Positions 18,020 to 30,823 are shown, counted from the first letter of the stretch. The stretch: DNA of 64,000 nucleotides from Deltaproteobacteria bacterium (GCA_018645005.1 JABGPJ010000099.1:33-64032), one strand, 5' to 3'. Numbers and translations: made by a program. Notes: generated from the sequence alone by a model not told the origin.

Positions 18020-20056
18020 TCAACTGGCCTCCGTCTTGTCTTCAACAATTGGAATGAGGATTTTTTGACCGGGTATCAGCTTATTTAAGTTGACAGACAG
18101 GTTATATTTTTTGATCAGCCAGACGGGCAGATCGAATTGCGCTTTGCACAGCGTCCAGATGTTATCCCCTCTTCTGATATTGTACTGCCAAACACCCTCA
18201 ATTTCGTAAGCCTTCAGGAAGTCTTCTTCAAACTCCTGGTGGAATTCATATCGTTCCTCTTCGAATCGCTCTTTGTTAACGCGGGTGAAAGGAATGATAA
18301 GGGTTTGGTCCATATGAATATTCTCTCTGTAGGAGAGCCGGTTCAAATTTCTGATATACTGAACGGAGACTCGCAGCCATTCGGCAAAATGTCCCAGGGT
18401 TTCTCCTGTTTCGACCTGTATGACACCCAGGTTTCTTCCTTTGTTGGTGTATTCCCGTTTAACCAGAATATTGCCTGTCACAATGTATGGGTTGACAACA
18501 CTTCCTTCTTTGTCGGCAGCAGCCGATTTCCTGCTCAACTTCGCTGTTGATGTTTTTATGGATTTCCCAGGCAACGGTCTGGACCTGAACTGTTCTTTTG
18601 CAGTTTTTTGCTCTTCTGAGGCAGTAGTGGACTTGAATTTTGCCGCCAGACGCAAACTGTCCTCCTGAGATGGAATGCGGAGATTCTGTCCAGCGTAAAT
18701 CCTGGCCCGGTGATTCAGGTTATTAGCCCAGATCAGATCTCGAAGTGTAATATTATGTCGGCGTGCAATCACACTGGCCACATCTCCTTTGCGAACCCAG
18801 TAGAATCGACTTCGCTTTTGTTTCGCCTTATACAGGCTGGAGGGAATTGAAGCGATAAGCGGGTCCAGACTATTTTTGTCCGGCAAGCGTAGCTGAAAAC
18901 CTTTAGGGATGTATTTCTGATTTCTGAATACGGGTTCCCTTAATGATCGATTCAAAGAGCGTATTAACGCAGGAGTGAGTTTCAAATGCCTGGCCAATTC
19001 ATTTACAGGGGCGAATCCTTTTAAGATAATCGTTTTTGTCTTTACCGGTTGCTTGAGAACGAGACCTGGAAAAAAATCATGATAATTTTTTGCAATCTCC
19101 CTGGCGGCTAGAAATTCTGAGTAGAAGTTGCGAGATGCAAATTTGAAACGACGACCATCATACCCATTGAAAATATTTTCATAGTTCCCTTTGACTTTTT
19201 TAGCTTTCGACATGGCTTTTGCGCCATGGTTGTAAGCCGTTAAAGCCAGTGGCCAGCTTCCCAGAATCCTGTAATTTTGTTTGAGCAGTCGTGCTGCAGC
19301 GTCAGATGCATATAGCGGGTCTCTACGTTGATCAACAGTGTAATCCACTTTCATGAATTGTTTGCCTGTGCGGTAGGTAAACTGCCATATCCCAGCGGCG
19401 CCGAATTTACTATATGCTTGAAAATTGAAAGATGACTCCACATGGGGAAGATAAATCAAGTCTTTTGGTAGACCGTACTTCTTAAAAATATTCCATATTT
19501 CTGGCAAATACAGACCGGAGCGAACCAGCCCATCACTAAAAAAATTCCTCTGTCCTCTTTGAAAACGAATGTTGTTTGCGGCAGATGAAAACACTTTTGA
19601 AGTTGCGTTGTCCCCGAACAGGGCGACAACTCTTTTTTCATCTTTGTTTTTTGGAATCGGTTGTTTCGCCAGATTTTTCAGCAACCTGGCGTAGTGACCC
19701 TTAACTTTTTTGATAGCTCTGATATTTCTCCTGCGGGCGCCTTTTCTGTTTCTAGGCTCCAGATCAATCACGTCATAGACGATTCGCAGGTTATCTGTAT
19801 CATGAATAATGCCCTGGTCAGAGTTGTAAACACTATAAACCTTTTTCCAAAAATTAATATTATGCCTGAGAGCGGGGAATTCAGGAAAAACCACATCTTG
19901 TTCGATGGTATTTGAAAAAACTGTTCCGATAAAAATAAAACAGGAAACAATAAGCAAACTTAAAAATCGATAATACATATTTAGGCAATAGGAATAAGAT
20001 AGAGGATCTCCGGACTGCTTTGATAAGTTCATAAGCCGGTCTGGGACTGAGTTCAC
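18020..20056 (-). CDS. Membrane-bound lytic murein transglycosylase D-like (SLT domain plus three LysM domains)
   Basis: 678 aa. SLT motif 'LPHVESSFNFQAYSKFGAAGIWQFTYRTG'. Three C-terminal LysM-like repeats: 'YWVRKGDVASVIARRHNITLRDLIWANNL', 'IQVETGETLGHFAEWLRVSVQYIRNLNRL', 'YNIRRGDNIWTLCKAQFDLPVWLIKKYNL'. The N-terminal start is ambiguous (GTG 20056; ATG 20032 and 19978 are alternatives). Confidence 0.88.
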   Translation of the reverse strand: MNSVPDRLMNLSKQSGDPLSYSYCLNMYYRFLSLLIVSCFIFIGTVFSNTIEQDVVFPEFPALRHNINFWKKVYSVYNSDQGIIHDTDNLRIVYDVIDLEPRNRKGARRRNIRAIKKVKGHYARLLKNLAKQPIPKNKDEKRVVALFGDNATSKVFSSAANNIRFQRGQRNFFSDGLVRSGLYLPEIWNIFKKYGLPKDLIYLPHVESSFNFQAYSKFGAAGIWQFTYRTGKQFMKVDYTVDQRRDPLYASDAAARLLKQNYRILGSWPLALTAYNHGAKAMSKAKKVKGNYENIFNGYDGRRFKFASRNFYSEFLAAREIAKNYHDFFPGLVLKQPVKTKTIILKGFAPVNELARHLKLTPALIRSLNRSLREPVFRNQKYIPKGFQLRLPDKNSLDPLIASIPSSLYKAKQKRSRFYWVRKGDVASVIARRHNITLRDLIWANNLNHRARIYAGQNLRIPSQEDSLRLAAKFKSTTASEEQKTAKEQFRSRPLPGKSIKTSTAKLSRKSAAADKEGSVVNPYIVTGNILVKREYTNKGRNLGVIQVETGETLGHFAEWLRVSVQYIRNLNRLSYRENIHMDQTLIIPFTRVNKERFEEERYEFHQEFEEDFLKAYEIEGVWQYNIRRGDNIWTLCKAQFDLPVWLIKKYNLSVNLNKLIPGQKILIPIVEDKTEAS

Positions 20057-20077
20057 GATGGTAATGGTTAGATTGGT

Positions 20078-20770
20078 CTACTGAATATCGTGAGGGGCTA
20101 TCTCATCGGATATTCCAGGTTCAAACTCGTTTTGAGGCAGTTTTTCAGTCGAGTTTCCAGCCAATATTTGAGTATTAAAATAATCTGACATTTCAGAAAG
20201 AAAAACACCAAAGGATTCAGGCACATCGGGTTGTCCATTTAATTTCTGTTGTAAACGTTTTATTAATGACAAACTCTGCTCTCGATTCTGTTTTACTATG
20301 TTATTGTCCTCCGGTGCTGTCATTTGTCTAAAACGACGGGCAAGTGTTGGTCCTGATTGTCCTTTTTCAATGGCAGCATCTTTCAAATCCTCGAATATTT
20401 CGGGTGTACAGTTGTCATCCTGTTTCGCCTTATGTAAAAAACTGACCACATCCAATTCGGGCACTCCTTTTGATTCGAAGTTTTCACTGATGGAGGGTTC
20501 GGATTCAGTTACAAAAAAGTAGGCGTTCGTCAGCTTCATCGCAGTATTTTTTTTGATCCGGATCTCTAATTTGCAGTACTCTTCAAAGGATTGATATCCC
20601 CACTCCAGGTACCGTTTTTCAGAAGCGATTTTCGTCAGATATTCGCCAAACATGATCCAATTCGATTTAAATGCACGAGCGGCATCAATGAGCTGTTTGC
20701 GATGAGAATTCGGATCAAGTTTTTCGATTATCTCATTTAATACTCTATTCGTGTCAAATTCTGTTTTCAT
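20078..20770 (-). CDS. Hypothetical protein, acidic C-terminus, possible HTH-like N-terminal domain
   Basis: 230-aa ORF with no competing ORF. 'YLEWGYQSFEEYCKLEIRIKKNTAMKLTNAY' loosely resembles HTH modules seen in some ParB-like or phage proteins; that is an impression only. Confidence 0.6.
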   Translation of the reverse strand: MKTEFDTNRVLNEIIEKLDPNSHRKQLIDAARAFKSNWIMFGEYLTKIASEKRYLEWGYQSFEEYCKLEIRIKKNTAMKLTNAYFFVTESEPSISENFESKGVPELDVVSFLHKAKQDDNCTPEIFEDLKDAAIEKGQSGPTLARRFRQMTAPEDNNIVKQNREQSLSLIKRLQQKLNGQPDVPESFGVFLSEMSDYFNTQILAGNSTEKLPQNEFEPGISDEIAPHDIQ

Positions 20771-20900
20771 TGCTGAGTCATAATATTAAAAGGTCAAAGG
20801 GTATTTTATGTCCATACATTTAGCGTATAATCAGCAGGACGGAAAAGAGCGTCCCTGTCCTTGATGGATGGTAGGAGTGCTGCGATGATTCGTTTCTGCT

Positions 20901-21773
20901 CTAGCCATCGTTTGATTGAGCTAAGGCCTGTTTTTTAACTGATTTTGCTCGTTTCCATTCATCAAGATATTTTTTTAAATGAACGCGTTCCGGTTTGACT
21001 GATTCATCCATGAGCATTTTTTTCAGCAGCTCCTGCTCGTCTTCATATGCATTGAGCGATATAAACCCACCAAAAAAGGCAATACGCAGCCAGAGGAGAT
21101 AGGTTGTGATGGCATCGAACTCGTTGTAAGCGATGATTTGATCAAGTTTTCCTGTAAGCCAAAGGGGGGCAACCGCATTGCCGTCAAGTTCCATTTTCCC
21201 TGGAATACCGCAAGCAGTCGCCATCTCATTCAAGGATGGTGATCCCTTGCCCCAACTACCTACAATCTCCATCAAGTCGATATGATAGTCACTACTTCTG
21301 GCGAAATAATCTACTCCTTCCCATGGTTTGGCCGGTCGTCTGCAAAATTCAGGTGCCTGTACGCCATTGCTAATCGCACGTTGAACCAGAATTTTCAAAT
21401 CCGATCTCGAAGAATTGTATCCGACAAGTTGCGGTCTATTTTTACCAATTGCGTTGAGAAAAGTGTCAATTATATGTGTCTCTCCCCTTTCTTCAGGATT
21501 ATCCGTATTCCGTGGAAGTGAAAGTAACTGCAACCGAATGCCGTCCTGGGACTCCGTCCGAATGATCGCTGAAATGGAAACAATTCGGCAGAGCACCGTT
21601 TTGAGAAAAGGGGTAGGATTCTCTTCGGTTGCCCCACCGTGCTTCCACATTTCATTGATAACTGCTTCATCCGTTAAGGATGGGGGGAGTTGATAGAGCT
21701 CACGTCCGACAGCGGCATCCGGGACCCATTCTGAATCAAAAATCCAGATCTTATTGTGTAAAATTTTAAACAT
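20901..21773 (-). CDS. Predicted 3'-5' exonuclease related to the PolB exonuclease domain (DNA_pol_B_exo2/COG3298-like)
   Basis: 290 aa. 'IWIFDSEWVPD' (ExoI-like acidic motif), 'LVGYNSSRSDLKIL' (ExoII-like) and 'YNEFDAITTYLLWLR' (ExoIII-like) occur in the order and spacing expected for this family. Assignment is by motif recall, not by search. Confidence 0.65.
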   Translation of the reverse strand: MFKILHNKIWIFDSEWVPDAAVGRELYQLPPSLTDEAVINEMWKHGGATEENPTPFLKTVLCRIVSISAIIRTESQDGIRLQLLSLPRNTDNPEERGETHIIDTFLNAIGKNRPQLVGYNSSRSDLKILVQRAISNGVQAPEFCRRPAKPWEGVDYFARSSDYHIDLMEIVGSWGKGSPSLNEMATACGIPGKMELDGNAVAPLWLTGKLDQIIAYNEFDAITTYLLWLRIAFFGGFISLNAYEDEQELLKKMLMDESVKPERVHLKKYLDEWKRAKSVKKQALAQSNDG

Positions 21774-21961
21774 TTTATGGGCAGGGTTGAATCCGTTTTT
21801 CGTCCATTCTATAGAGCTTTCTTTTTAGTGCACTGTTTCATGTCAGTAAACAATTAAATGAAGAGGGTTTATTTCAAAAAACAAATCAAACCTTTTTGTT
21901 AATTCGTGATATTATCAAATTAAAAGCTATTCTGAAAAACAGCAAAATCAACAAATGTACC

Positions 21962-21991
21962 TTGACATAATCAAAAAATAGTGGTTAAAAT
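21962..21991 (+). promoter_or_regulatory. Candidate sigma70-type promoter for rpoBC (TTGACA-N18-TAAAAT)
   Basis: Perfect -35 hexamer at 21962..21967 and 'taaaat' at 21986..21991, inside a 593-nt AT-rich spacer about 375 nt upstream of the rpoB ATG. Pattern match only. Confidence 0.3.
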
Positions 21992-22366
21992 TTAAAGTTA
22001 AACAATTCGAGTACTTCTAAAATTCTGTTGTAAAAACCAAAACATGAATTTTACCTGCCTTTTTATTGGAAGACAGCAACTGTCAAAATGCCCACAAGAA
22101 AACGAAGCAGATTTTCATCTTCAAACATCTAATTTGGAAATAGCGAACGCGTTATTTACGGATAAGTCCGTGTTTTTCAATCACAATTCAAGGCTTTGAT
22201 TTTTCCATTTATCCTGCGATGGGGTCAGATTTTTTCTGATACGAAAAACCGTAAGGGGGCATGTTAACTATTTCGTTATGGGTTCTACGTATCTTTAAGG
22301 ATTTTACAGAAATCGGAAAATTTTAGAGATAGAATAAATCATACTTTCTCCAAGAAGAGTGACAAA

Positions 22367-25300
22367 ATGTATAAATATCCTCACGTTCAGAGATTTCGAG
22401 TTGATTTCGGAAAAATAGAAGCGATTCTAAATCCACCGCCACTTTTGCAGATACAAAAGGACTCGTACAACTGGTTTCTGCAAAAAGATGTGGCACCGGA
22501 AAATCGCGAAATCCATGGTTGGGAGGCTGTTTTTCAGTCGGTTTTTCCCATCTCGGATTTTGGTGGTACCTGTACGTTAGAGTATGTTTCATATCGGTTG
22601 GGAGAACCCAAATATGATGAAACGGAATGTAAAATCAGAGGGGTGACCTTTGCCGCACCCGTGAGGGTTTCACTGCGATTGATCATCTGGGAAAAGGATG
22701 AGAAGTCAGATCAACGACGGATTCATGATATAAAGGAGCAGGAGATCTACCTGGGAGAATTTCCACTGATGACGGATACCGGCTCCTTTATTGTCAATGG
22801 AACAGAGCGGGTAATTGTAAGTCAGCTGCACAAGTCTTCTGGTGTATTTTTCAATCATGATCGGGGAAAATCCCACGCCAGCGGTAAATTGCTGTATTCC
22901 GCCAGTGTGATTCCCCAAAGAGGATCCTGGATTGATTTTGAGTTTGATGCCAAAGACTTGCTGTACGTGAGGATCGATCGACGTCGAAAATTCCTGGCCA
23001 CTGTTCTGTTGAAGGCGCTGGGATATTCCGGGACTGAACTTCTGAACCGCTTTTACTTTACTGAAACGGTTATTTTGAAAAACGCGTTTTCAGAAGACGA
23101 GAGCAAACGGATATTTTCAAAGTATTTTGATCCGCAGTCTTCACAAAATCAAAGGGCAATCGGCGATATTATCAACCCGACCAATAAGCAGGTTATTGTT
23201 GTTGAGGGTAAAAAAATCTCAAAGGCATCCATCCGGAAGATACAGGAAGCCGGTATCAAAGAGATTCCGACGAGTATGGAAGATTTACTGGGACGATATG
23301 CACTGGAAGATGTGGTCGGACCCGACGGAGAGTTGATACTGCAAAGTAATCAACCCATCACAAAAGAAGCGTTGGAGGAGCTCCTCAGTAACCAAATCGA
23401 GGAAGTGACCTTGCTCTTCATCGGTAACAAGACAATTGGAACCTCCTTTCGCAATACGCTGGCTGCGGATAAAGTAGACGATCCCCAGGAAGCGATGATT
23501 GAGATTTACAAAAAAATGAAACCGGGGGATCCACCCACTCTGGAGGTGGCCAAAAACTTATTGAAAAACATGTTTTTCAATCCAGAAAGATACGATCTTT
23601 CACGGGTTGGCCGGATGAAAATCAACAAAAAGCTAAGTATCGATAAAGAGTTGGATGAAAACATTCTGACCAACGAAGATATTCTTGCTGTGGTTGAGTA
23701 TCTTCTGAGACTGAAGGATGGTGCTGGCGGAACGATTGACGATATTGATCATCTAGGAAATCGTCGGGTTCGTGGTGTGGGAGAATTGCTGGAAAATCAG
23801 GTGAGAATTGGTTTGGTTCGTATGGAACGGGCTATCAAGGAAAGAATGTCGTTGCAGGAAACGGAAAACATGATGCTGCACGACATCGTCAATTCTAAAC
23901 CGGTTTCAGCGGTGATCAATGAGTTTTTTGGCAGCAGCCAGCTGTCCCAATTTATGGATCAGACCAACCCACTCTCCGAAATTACCCATAAGCGCCGCTT
24001 GAGTGCACTGGGGCCTGGCGGTTTGACTCGTGAAAGAGCCGGTTTTGAGGTCAGGGACGTTCATACATCCCATTACGGCCGTATTTGCCCGGTTGAAACA
24101 CCTGAAGGTCCGAATATCGGGCTGATCTCTTCCATTGCAACCTATGCCAAGGTGAATGAATTCGGATTTATAGAAACCCCTTATCGCAAGGTGGATGACA
24201 CTAATGTTTCAGCCGATATTCATTTCTTGACAGCGATCGATGAGGGAAATTTCAAGATTGCCCAGGCTAACGCCCTGCTGGACGAGAAGCACCAATTGGT
24301 TAAGGAGCTGGTAAAAGCTCGTTACGATAATGAATTTAAAATGCTCCGCAAGGAGGAGATTGAGTATATGGACGTTTCGCCGAAACAGCTGGTTTCGGTG
24401 GCGGCGTCTCTGATTCCGTTTCTGGAACATGATGATGCGAACCGTGCATTGATGGGATCGAACATGCAGCGTCAGGCTGTACCTGTCGTTACACCAGAGG
24501 CTCCGTTTGTCGGAACCGGAATGGAGTATCAGGTGGCCCAGGATTCGGGTTCGTGTATTATTGCCAAGCGTTCAGGTTATGTGAACAGGGTGGATGCAGG
24601 ACGGATTGTGGTCGAAGCCGAAGTTGATCTGGCTGCTGATCAGACGGTCATTGCAGCGAATGTGGATATTTATCATCTGAGAAAATATCAGCGCTCCAAT
24701 CAAAACACCTGCATTAACCAACGTCCGATTGTGCGTGTTGGTGATCGTGTCACAGCCGGACAAATCCTGGCGGATGGCGGCAGTTGTGATAATGGAGATC
24801 TGGCCCTGGGGCAGAACATCTTGATCGCTTTCATGCCATGGCGAGGGTACAACTATGAAGATTCAATTCTGATCAGCGAAAAACTGCTGCATCAAGACCG
24901 GTTTACTTCGGTTCATATCGAAGAGTTTGAGGTTCTGGCGAGAGATACGAAACTGGGCAAGGAACTTATCACTCGGGATATTCCCAACATGAGTGAGTAT
25001 GCGTTGCGAAATCTCGACGATTCGGGAATTATCAGAATAGGAAGTTACGTTAAAGCGAGCGATATTCTGGTAGGAAAGACAACGCCCAAAGGGGAGATGC
25101 AATTGAATCCTGAGGAGAAACTGCTGCGGGCCATTTTTGGCGAGAAGGCAGGGGATGTCCGGGATACATCTCTCAGAGTCAGTCAGGGGATTGAAGGGGT
25201 GGTTATCGATGTGAAGGTTTTCAACCGCCGAGGGGTGGAAAAGGATGAACGGACCAAAGAAATTGAAACGGCGATTCTTGAGAAAATCGAGAACGACTAT

Positions 25301-26521
25301 CGGGATGAGGTTCGCATCGTCAAATCAAACCTGATAGCGAAGGTTCTCCCTATCTTGCACGATCACCCTCTTGTATACAACCTGGTATCTCCGAACACTC
25401 AAGAGGTGCTGGTTGCAGCTGAAGAAAAATTAACCGAAGAGTTATTCCATAAGGTGCCAGTCAGTGTCTGGATGGATATCCACATTTCTGACGAGGGCTT
25501 AAACAACGATCTTCGTGTCATGCTTCGTAATGCAGCTTCTCAAGTCGAGCTGCTTGACAATATACATGAGTCCAAGAAAGAGCGGGAGAGTCGGACAGAT
25601 GACCTGCAACCGGGTGTGATTCGAGTGATAAAGGTTTTTGTGGCGATGAAACGACGGCTGTCCGTAGGTGATAAGATGGCTGGAAGACATGGTAACAAAG
25701 GGGTCATCTCAAAAATCATTCCGCCCGAAGATATGCCGTATATGGAAGACGGAACCCCCGTCGATATTGTGCTGAATCCGTTGGGTGTTCCTTCGCGGAT
25801 GAATGTGGGACAGGTGTTGGAAACCCATCTGGGTTTGGCGGCAAAGGCACTTGGAAATCGCATTAATAAAATGATTGAGGATCTGGCACCCGTGGATCAA
25901 CTCCGAAAATATATTAAGGATATTTTTAATTCAAAGTTTGTCAGCGATTATGTTGACGAACTGAACGACGAAGATATGGCGGCTTTTGCAGATAAATTCA
26001 GAGGTGGCGTATACATGTCCACTCCGGTTTTTGATGGTGCAAAGGAGAAGGATATTCTTGATCTTCTTGAAAAATCCGGTTTGAACCGAGCAGCGCAAAT
26101 GACATTGCGAAACGGCCGTACAGGTGAAGTATTCGACCAAACCATAACGGTTGGATATCTGTACATGTTAAAACTTCATCATCTAGTAGATGATAAGCTG
26201 CACGCCCGCTCGATAGGCCCGTATTCGCTGGTGACACAACAGCCGCTGGGTGGAAAGGCGCAGTTTGGTGGGCAGAGATTCGGTGAAATGGAGGTCTGGG
26301 CTTTGGAGGCCTACGGTGCCGCTCATACGTTACGGGAACTGTTGACGGTCAAATCGGACGACACGCCCGGAAGAAATAAAGTCTACGAATCTATCGTCAA
26401 AGGGAATTATGATATTAAGATGGGGATTCCCGAATCATTTAAGGTGTTAATTAACGAATTGAAATCGCTCTGCCTTGATTTTGCTTTGATTAAGGAAGAG
26501 GGATTTTTGGTTGAAAGTTAA
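22367..26521 (+). CDS. rpoB: DNA-directed RNA polymerase subunit beta
   Basis: 1384 aa. '[12 protein letters not shown]', '[24 protein letters not shown]', '[15 protein letters not shown]', '[13 protein letters not shown]' and '[19 protein letters not shown]'. Confidence 0.99.
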   Translation: MYKYPHVQRFRVDFGKIEAILNPPPLLQIQKDSYNWFLQKDVAPENREIHGWEAVFQSVFPISDFGGTCTLEYVSYRLGEPKYDETECKIRGVTFAAPVRVSLRLIIWEKDEKSDQRRIHDIKEQEIYLGEFPLMTDTGSFIVNGTERVIVSQLHKSSGVFFNHDRGKSHASGKLLYSASVIPQRGSWIDFEFDAKDLLYVRIDRRRKFLATVLLKALGYSGTELLNRFYFTETVILKNAFSEDESKRIFSKYFDPQSSQNQRAIGDIINPTNKQVIVVEGKKISKASIRKIQEAGIKEIPTSMEDLLGRYALEDVVGPDGELILQSNQPITKEALEELLSNQIEEVTLLFIGNKTIGTSFRNTLAADKVDDPQEAMIEIYKKMKPGDPPTLEVAKNLLKNMFFNPERYDLSRVGRMKINKKLSIDKELDENILTNEDILAVVEYLLRLKDGAGGTIDDIDHLGNRRVRGVGELLENQVRIGLVRMERAIKERMSLQETENMMLHDIVNSKPVSAVINEFFGSSQLSQFMDQTNPLSEITHKRRLSALGPGGLTRERAGFEVRDVHTSHYGRICPVETPEGPNIGLISSIATYAKVNEFGFIETPYRKVDDTNVSADIHFLTAIDEGNFKIAQANALLDEKHQLVKELVKARYDNEFKMLRKEEIEYMDVSPKQLVSVAASLIPFLEHDDANRALMGSNMQRQAVPVVTPEAPFVGTGMEYQVAQDSGSCIIAKRSGYVNRVDAGRIVVEAEVDLAADQTVIAANVDIYHLRKYQRSNQNTCINQRPIVRVGDRVTAGQILADGGSCDNGDLALGQNILIAFMPWRGYNYEDSILISEKLLHQDRFTSVHIEEFEVLARDTKLGKELITRDIPNMSEYALRNLDDSGIIRIGSYVKASDILVGKTTPKGEMQLNPEEKLLRAIFGEKAGDVRDTSLRVSQGIEGVVIDVKVFNRRGVEKDERTKEIETAILEKIENDYRDEVRIVKSNLIAKVLPILHDHPLVYNLVSPNTQEVLVAAEEKLTEELFHKVPVSVWMDIHISDEGLNNDLRVMLRNAASQVELLDNIHESKKERESRTDDLQPGVIRVIKVFVAMKRRLSVGDKMAGRHGNKGVISKIIPPEDMPYMEDGTPVDIVLNPLGVPSRMNVGQVLETHLGLAAKALGNRINKMIEDLAPVDQLRKYIKDIFNSKFVSDYVDELNDEDMAAFADKFRGGVYMSTPVFDGAKEKDILDLLEKSGLNRAAQMTLRNGRTGEVFDQTITVGYLYMLKLHHLVDDKLHARSIGPYSLVTQQPLGGKAQFGGQRFGEMEVWALEAYGAAHTLRELLTVKSDDTPGRNKVYESIVKGNYDIKMGIPESFKVLINELKSLCLDFALIKEEGFLVES

Positions 26522-26680
26522 TGACGCACAAACCGGAATCGATTGACAATGCGGTGCCCTGGACGGCATTGCAGCATAAACAACTCATATCGGTTCTGGT
26601 TTTTCAAGAAAACGACAAAACAACGCTCAACAGACTAACTGATCTTCCATTCATATCCAATTCAAAACTGAGAGGTATCC

Positions 26681-29600
26681 TTGAATAAACTAGATCATTC
26701 TGAAATCATCGACCCACAAGAATTTTTTGCTGTAAAAATCAGTCTCGCTTCAGCAGAAGATATTGTTTCGTGGTCTCATGGTGAAATTAAATCATCGGAG
26801 ACGATCAACTACAGGACATTCAAACCGGAAAGGGATGGTCTGTTTTGTGGGAAAATATTTGGTCCGGTTAATGATTATGAGTGTATTTGTGGCAAATACA
26901 AACGAATGAAGCACAGGGGTATTACCTGTGAGAAATGCGGAGTGGAGGTGATTCACTCCAAAGTAAGGCGAGAACGGTTGGGGCATATCAAACTAGCCTG
27001 TCCGGTTTCCCATGTCTGGTTTCTAAAAGGGCTACCCAGTCGTCTGGGGAATATTCTGGATATGACGCTGAGAGATCTTGAACGAGTTCTCTATTTTGAT
27101 GCCTACGTGGTGTTAGACGACGGTGGTGCAGATATTGAACATGCGGAAATTATTGAAGAGACACAATATCGAGAATTAGCCGAAATATATCCTGATTTCA
27201 GGGCAGAGATGGGAGCTGAAGCCATCAAAGAACTGCTGGAAGAGATGGAAATCGACGAGCTGAGTAATACGCTACGGGACGAGTTGTCGAATATTACTTC
27301 AGAAGCCAAACGTAAAAAAATTATTAAACGGCTCAAAGTGGTGGAATCTTTCAAAGAGTCCGGGATTGAACCTGCAAATATGATTCTGGACGTGATTCCG
27401 GTCATCTCACCTGAACTGAGACCGCTTGTTCCACTGGAAGGCGGACGATTTGCAACCAGTGACCTGAATGATCTCTATCGACGGGTAATTCACCGAAATA
27501 ATCGGTTAAAACGGCTGATGGACCTTAATGCACCAGAGATCATCGTTAAGAACGAAAAACGAATGCTACAAGAAGCGGTGGATGCCCTTTTTGATAACGG
27601 ACGTAGAGGGCGGCCGATTCTGGGAACAAATAAAAGACCGCTGAAATCTCTGAGTGATTCCTTGAAGGGAAAAGGCGGGCGTTTCCGACAAAACCTCCTG
27701 GGAAAACGGGTTGACTACTCAGGTAGAACCGTTATCGTTGTTGGGCCTGATCTGAAGCTCAATCAATGTGGATTGCCCAAACAAATGGCGCTGGAGTTGT
27801 TCAAACCCTTCATTTTCAACTATCTGATCGAAAAAGGGCACACCACAACGATCAAAGTAGCCAAGAAGATGGTGGAAAATGGTGACCCGGAAATATGGCC
27901 TGCTCTGGACGCAGTCATTGTGGAACACCCCATCATGCTGAACCGTGCACCTACGCTTCACAGGCTTGGTATTCAAGCTTTTCAACCTGTTCTGATTGAA
28001 GGGAAAGCGGTCACACTGCATCCGTTGGTTTGTACCGCTTTTAACGCAGACTTTGATGGCGATCAGATGGCTGTCCATGTTCCGCTTTCTATTGAAGCTC
28101 AAATGGAATTGCGGGTTCTAATGATGGCGACCAACAATATTCTCTCTCCAGCGACTGGCCGACCGGTTATGTCACCTACTCAGGATATGGTACTCGGGAT
28201 TTACTGGGTCACAAGAATCTGTAAAGGCGCAAAAGGTGAGGGGAAGGTTTTTGCCGATTTCAATGAGGTGATATCTGCTTATGACCACGATCTGGTTCAC
28301 CTGCAGGCAAAAATAAAAGTGAGAAACGGTGATCAGTTCCTAGATACTACCACTGGTCGAGTTCTGCTCTATGATGCCATTCCGAAAGAGATTGAATATA
28401 GTACCATCAATAGACTGATCAAGAAAAAAGATTTGGAAATATTAATTGATCACTCCTATCGTGTTGCTGGAAACATCAAGACTGTTAAAATGCTCGACGA
28501 TCTCAAAGATCTCGGTTTTATGCATGCTGCCAAGGCCGGATTCTCGATCAGTATTTTAGACATGGTCATTCCGGAAAATAAAGAAGAATTGATCGATAAA
28601 GGCCTCAAGGAGGTTGAGAAGGTCCAGCAGCAGCATGATGGCGGCATCATTACCGATGGTGAACGATATAATAAGGTAATCGATATCTGGTCGAAAGTTA
28701 CCAATGAAGTCGGTGAAGCGATGCGAGCTACTTTGACAGCCGAGACAATCGGTGATGATGGATTGCCGATGCCGAACCCAATTTTTGTCATGGCCGATTC
28801 CGGGGCTCGCGGATCTGAACATCAGAGTCGTCAGTTGGGAGGAATGAGGGGGCTGATGGCCAAACCGACCGGTGAGATTATCGAAACACCCATTACATCA
28901 AACTTTCGGGAGGGATTGGACGTTTCCCAGTATTTCATCTCGACCCATGGCGCTCGAAAAGGTCTGGCTGATACCGCTTTGAAAACAGCTAACTCCGGTT
29001 ATCTCACCAGAAGATTGGTTGATGTCGCCCAGGATTGTGTCATCACACAGGAAGATTGTGGTACCACAGAGGGAATCATTGTCGAGGCACTTCTGGAAAA
29101 TGGTGAAGTGATCCAGAAACTGACCGAACGGATTCTGGGACGCTACACGGTAGATGATGTGATCGATCCATTTACACAGGAGGTGATCATACCTGCTGGA
29201 GAGATGATTGTCGAAGGCCATCTGGATATAGTCGATCAAATGGGAGTCGAACGAACGAAGATCCGTTCGGTTCTCAGTTGTGAATGTACGGTTGGCATCT
29301 GTGCCAAATGCTACGGTAGAGATCTCGCTCGTGGAAAGCCTGTAAGTATTGGTGAGGCTGTCGGTGTGATCTCTGCACAGTCTATTGGAGAACCAGGAAC
29401 GCAGTTAACCATGCGGACCTTCCATATTGGTGGAACGGCCAGTCGAAAGGTTGAAGCCACTGCCTGGGAAGTTAAGGCAGAAGGTACGCTGCATTTGCGA
29501 GATGCACGGACGGTGGTGAATAGAAGTGGCACCATGATCCTGCAATCGCGAAAAGCAGAGTTATGCATACTCAATGACGACGGCAGGGAAGTTGATAAAC

Positions 29601-30811
29601 ACCTTCTCCCGGTTGGCGCGCAAATCAATTTTAGGGAGGGTGATATTGTTAAAAAAGGTGACAAGGTAGCTGAATGGGATCCATTCTCCATGCCGATCAT
29701 CTGCGATATCAACGGTAAAGTGAAGTTTGAGGATATTATTGAGGGAAAGAGTCTTAAGACTAAGAAAGCGGAAGATACAGGTTATGAAAGACGTGTGATT
29801 GTTGAAACACCGGATTTGGACCTTAAACCGAGGATCATCTTCAGGAATATGAAAACCGGAAAGGAACTGAAACGGACTGATGATCGAATCCACCCTGGCT
29901 TTTATCTTCCTAACAAAGCTGAATTGATGGTGGAAGAAGGTTCCGAGGTTTTACCCGGCGATATTCTTTCCCGCGTTCCTCGGGAAACGACAAAAAACAA
30001 AGATATTACCGGTGGGCTACCGCGGGTGGTTGAGTTGTTCGAAGCCCGTTCATCAAAGGATCCCAGTCAGATTTCAGATATTGATGGGATTGTAGAATTC
30101 GGTGAGGATCTGCGTAGAAAACGACGGATCATTATTCGACCGGCAGTGGGTGAGCCCAAAGAATATCTTGTCCCCAAAGGAAAACATGTCATTGTAGTAG
30201 AAGGGGATTACATCAAGGTAGGGGATCCGTTGACGGATGGTTCTCCCAACCCCCACGATATTCTAAGAGTGAAAGGTGTCAGGGAATTACAAAAGTTTCT
30301 CGTGGATGAGGTTCAGGAAGTTTATCGACTCCAAGGGGTTAAGATCAATGACAAGCATATTGAGGTTATTTCGCGACAGATGATGCGTAAAGTTCGGATT
30401 ATCGACCCGGGTGATTCATCGTTTCTAGTCGGTGAGCCTGTATCCAAAACAAAATTGGATGAAATAAACAGAAAACTGATGGACGAAGAACTGAGGGTGG
30501 CAATCGGGGAACCGTTGTTGTTGGGAATCACCAAAGCGGCCTTGAGTACCGATTCTTTCTTGTCCGCGGCATCGTTCCAGGAAACCACTAAAGTGTTGAC
30601 CGAAGCTTCCATTAACGGAAAGTTGGATCAATTCAACGGGTTGAAGGAAAATGTAATCATTGGTCGATTGGTTCCTGCTGGAACTGGTTTTGATGTTAAT
30701 AAAACGTATTCATACAAGGATAAGTTCGCTGAACAGGAAGAGGAAGCCGAGCCGTTGGTTGGAATGGAATTGATACAGGATGACAGCGATGAATCCATCG
30801 AGATACAATAG
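26681..30811 (+). CDS. rpoC: DNA-directed RNA polymerase subunit beta'
   Basis: 1376 aa. Zinc motif '[23 protein letters not shown]', catalytic '[16 protein letters not shown]' and '[15 protein letters not shown]'. TTG start preceded by 'gagagg'. Confidence 0.99.
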   Translation: MNKLDHSEIIDPQEFFAVKISLASAEDIVSWSHGEIKSSETINYRTFKPERDGLFCGKIFGPVNDYECICGKYKRMKHRGITCEKCGVEVIHSKVRRERLGHIKLACPVSHVWFLKGLPSRLGNILDMTLRDLERVLYFDAYVVLDDGGADIEHAEIIEETQYRELAEIYPDFRAEMGAEAIKELLEEMEIDELSNTLRDELSNITSEAKRKKIIKRLKVVESFKESGIEPANMILDVIPVISPELRPLVPLEGGRFATSDLNDLYRRVIHRNNRLKRLMDLNAPEIIVKNEKRMLQEAVDALFDNGRRGRPILGTNKRPLKSLSDSLKGKGGRFRQNLLGKRVDYSGRTVIVVGPDLKLNQCGLPKQMALELFKPFIFNYLIEKGHTTTIKVAKKMVENGDPEIWPALDAVIVEHPIMLNRAPTLHRLGIQAFQPVLIEGKAVTLHPLVCTAFNADFDGDQMAVHVPLSIEAQMELRVLMMATNNILSPATGRPVMSPTQDMVLGIYWVTRICKGAKGEGKVFADFNEVISAYDHDLVHLQAKIKVRNGDQFLDTTTGRVLLYDAIPKEIEYSTINRLIKKKDLEILIDHSYRVAGNIKTVKMLDDLKDLGFMHAAKAGFSISILDMVIPENKEELIDKGLKEVEKVQQQHDGGIITDGERYNKVIDIWSKVTNEVGEAMRATLTAETIGDDGLPMPNPIFVMADSGARGSEHQSRQLGGMRGLMAKPTGEIIETPITSNFREGLDVSQYFISTHGARKGLADTALKTANSGYLTRRLVDVAQDCVITQEDCGTTEGIIVEALLENGEVIQKLTERILGRYTVDDVIDPFTQEVIIPAGEMIVEGHLDIVDQMGVERTKIRSVLSCECTVGICAKCYGRDLARGKPVSIGEAVGVISAQSIGEPGTQLTMRTFHIGGTASRKVEATAWEVKAEGTLHLRDARTVVNRSGTMILQSRKAELCILNDDGREVDKHLLPVGAQINFREGDIVKKGDKVAEWDPFSMPIICDINGKVKFEDIIEGKSLKTKKAEDTGYERRVIVETPDLDLKPRIIFRNMKTGKELKRTDDRIHPGFYLPNKAELMVEEGSEVLPGDILSRVPRETTKNKDITGGLPRVVELFEARSSKDPSQISDIDGIVEFGEDLRRKRRIIIRPAVGEPKEYLVPKGKHVIVVEGDYIKVGDPLTDGSPNPHDILRVKGVRELQKFLVDEVQEVYRLQGVKINDKHIEVISRQMMRKVRIIDPGDSSFLVGEPVSKTKLDEINRKLMDEELRVAIGEPLLLGITKAALSTDSFLSAASFQETTKVLTEASINGKLDQFNGLKENVIIGRLVPAGTGFDVNKTYSYKDKFAEQEEEAEPLVGMELIQDDSDESIEIQ

Positions 30812-30823
30812 ACGGAAAGTCAT

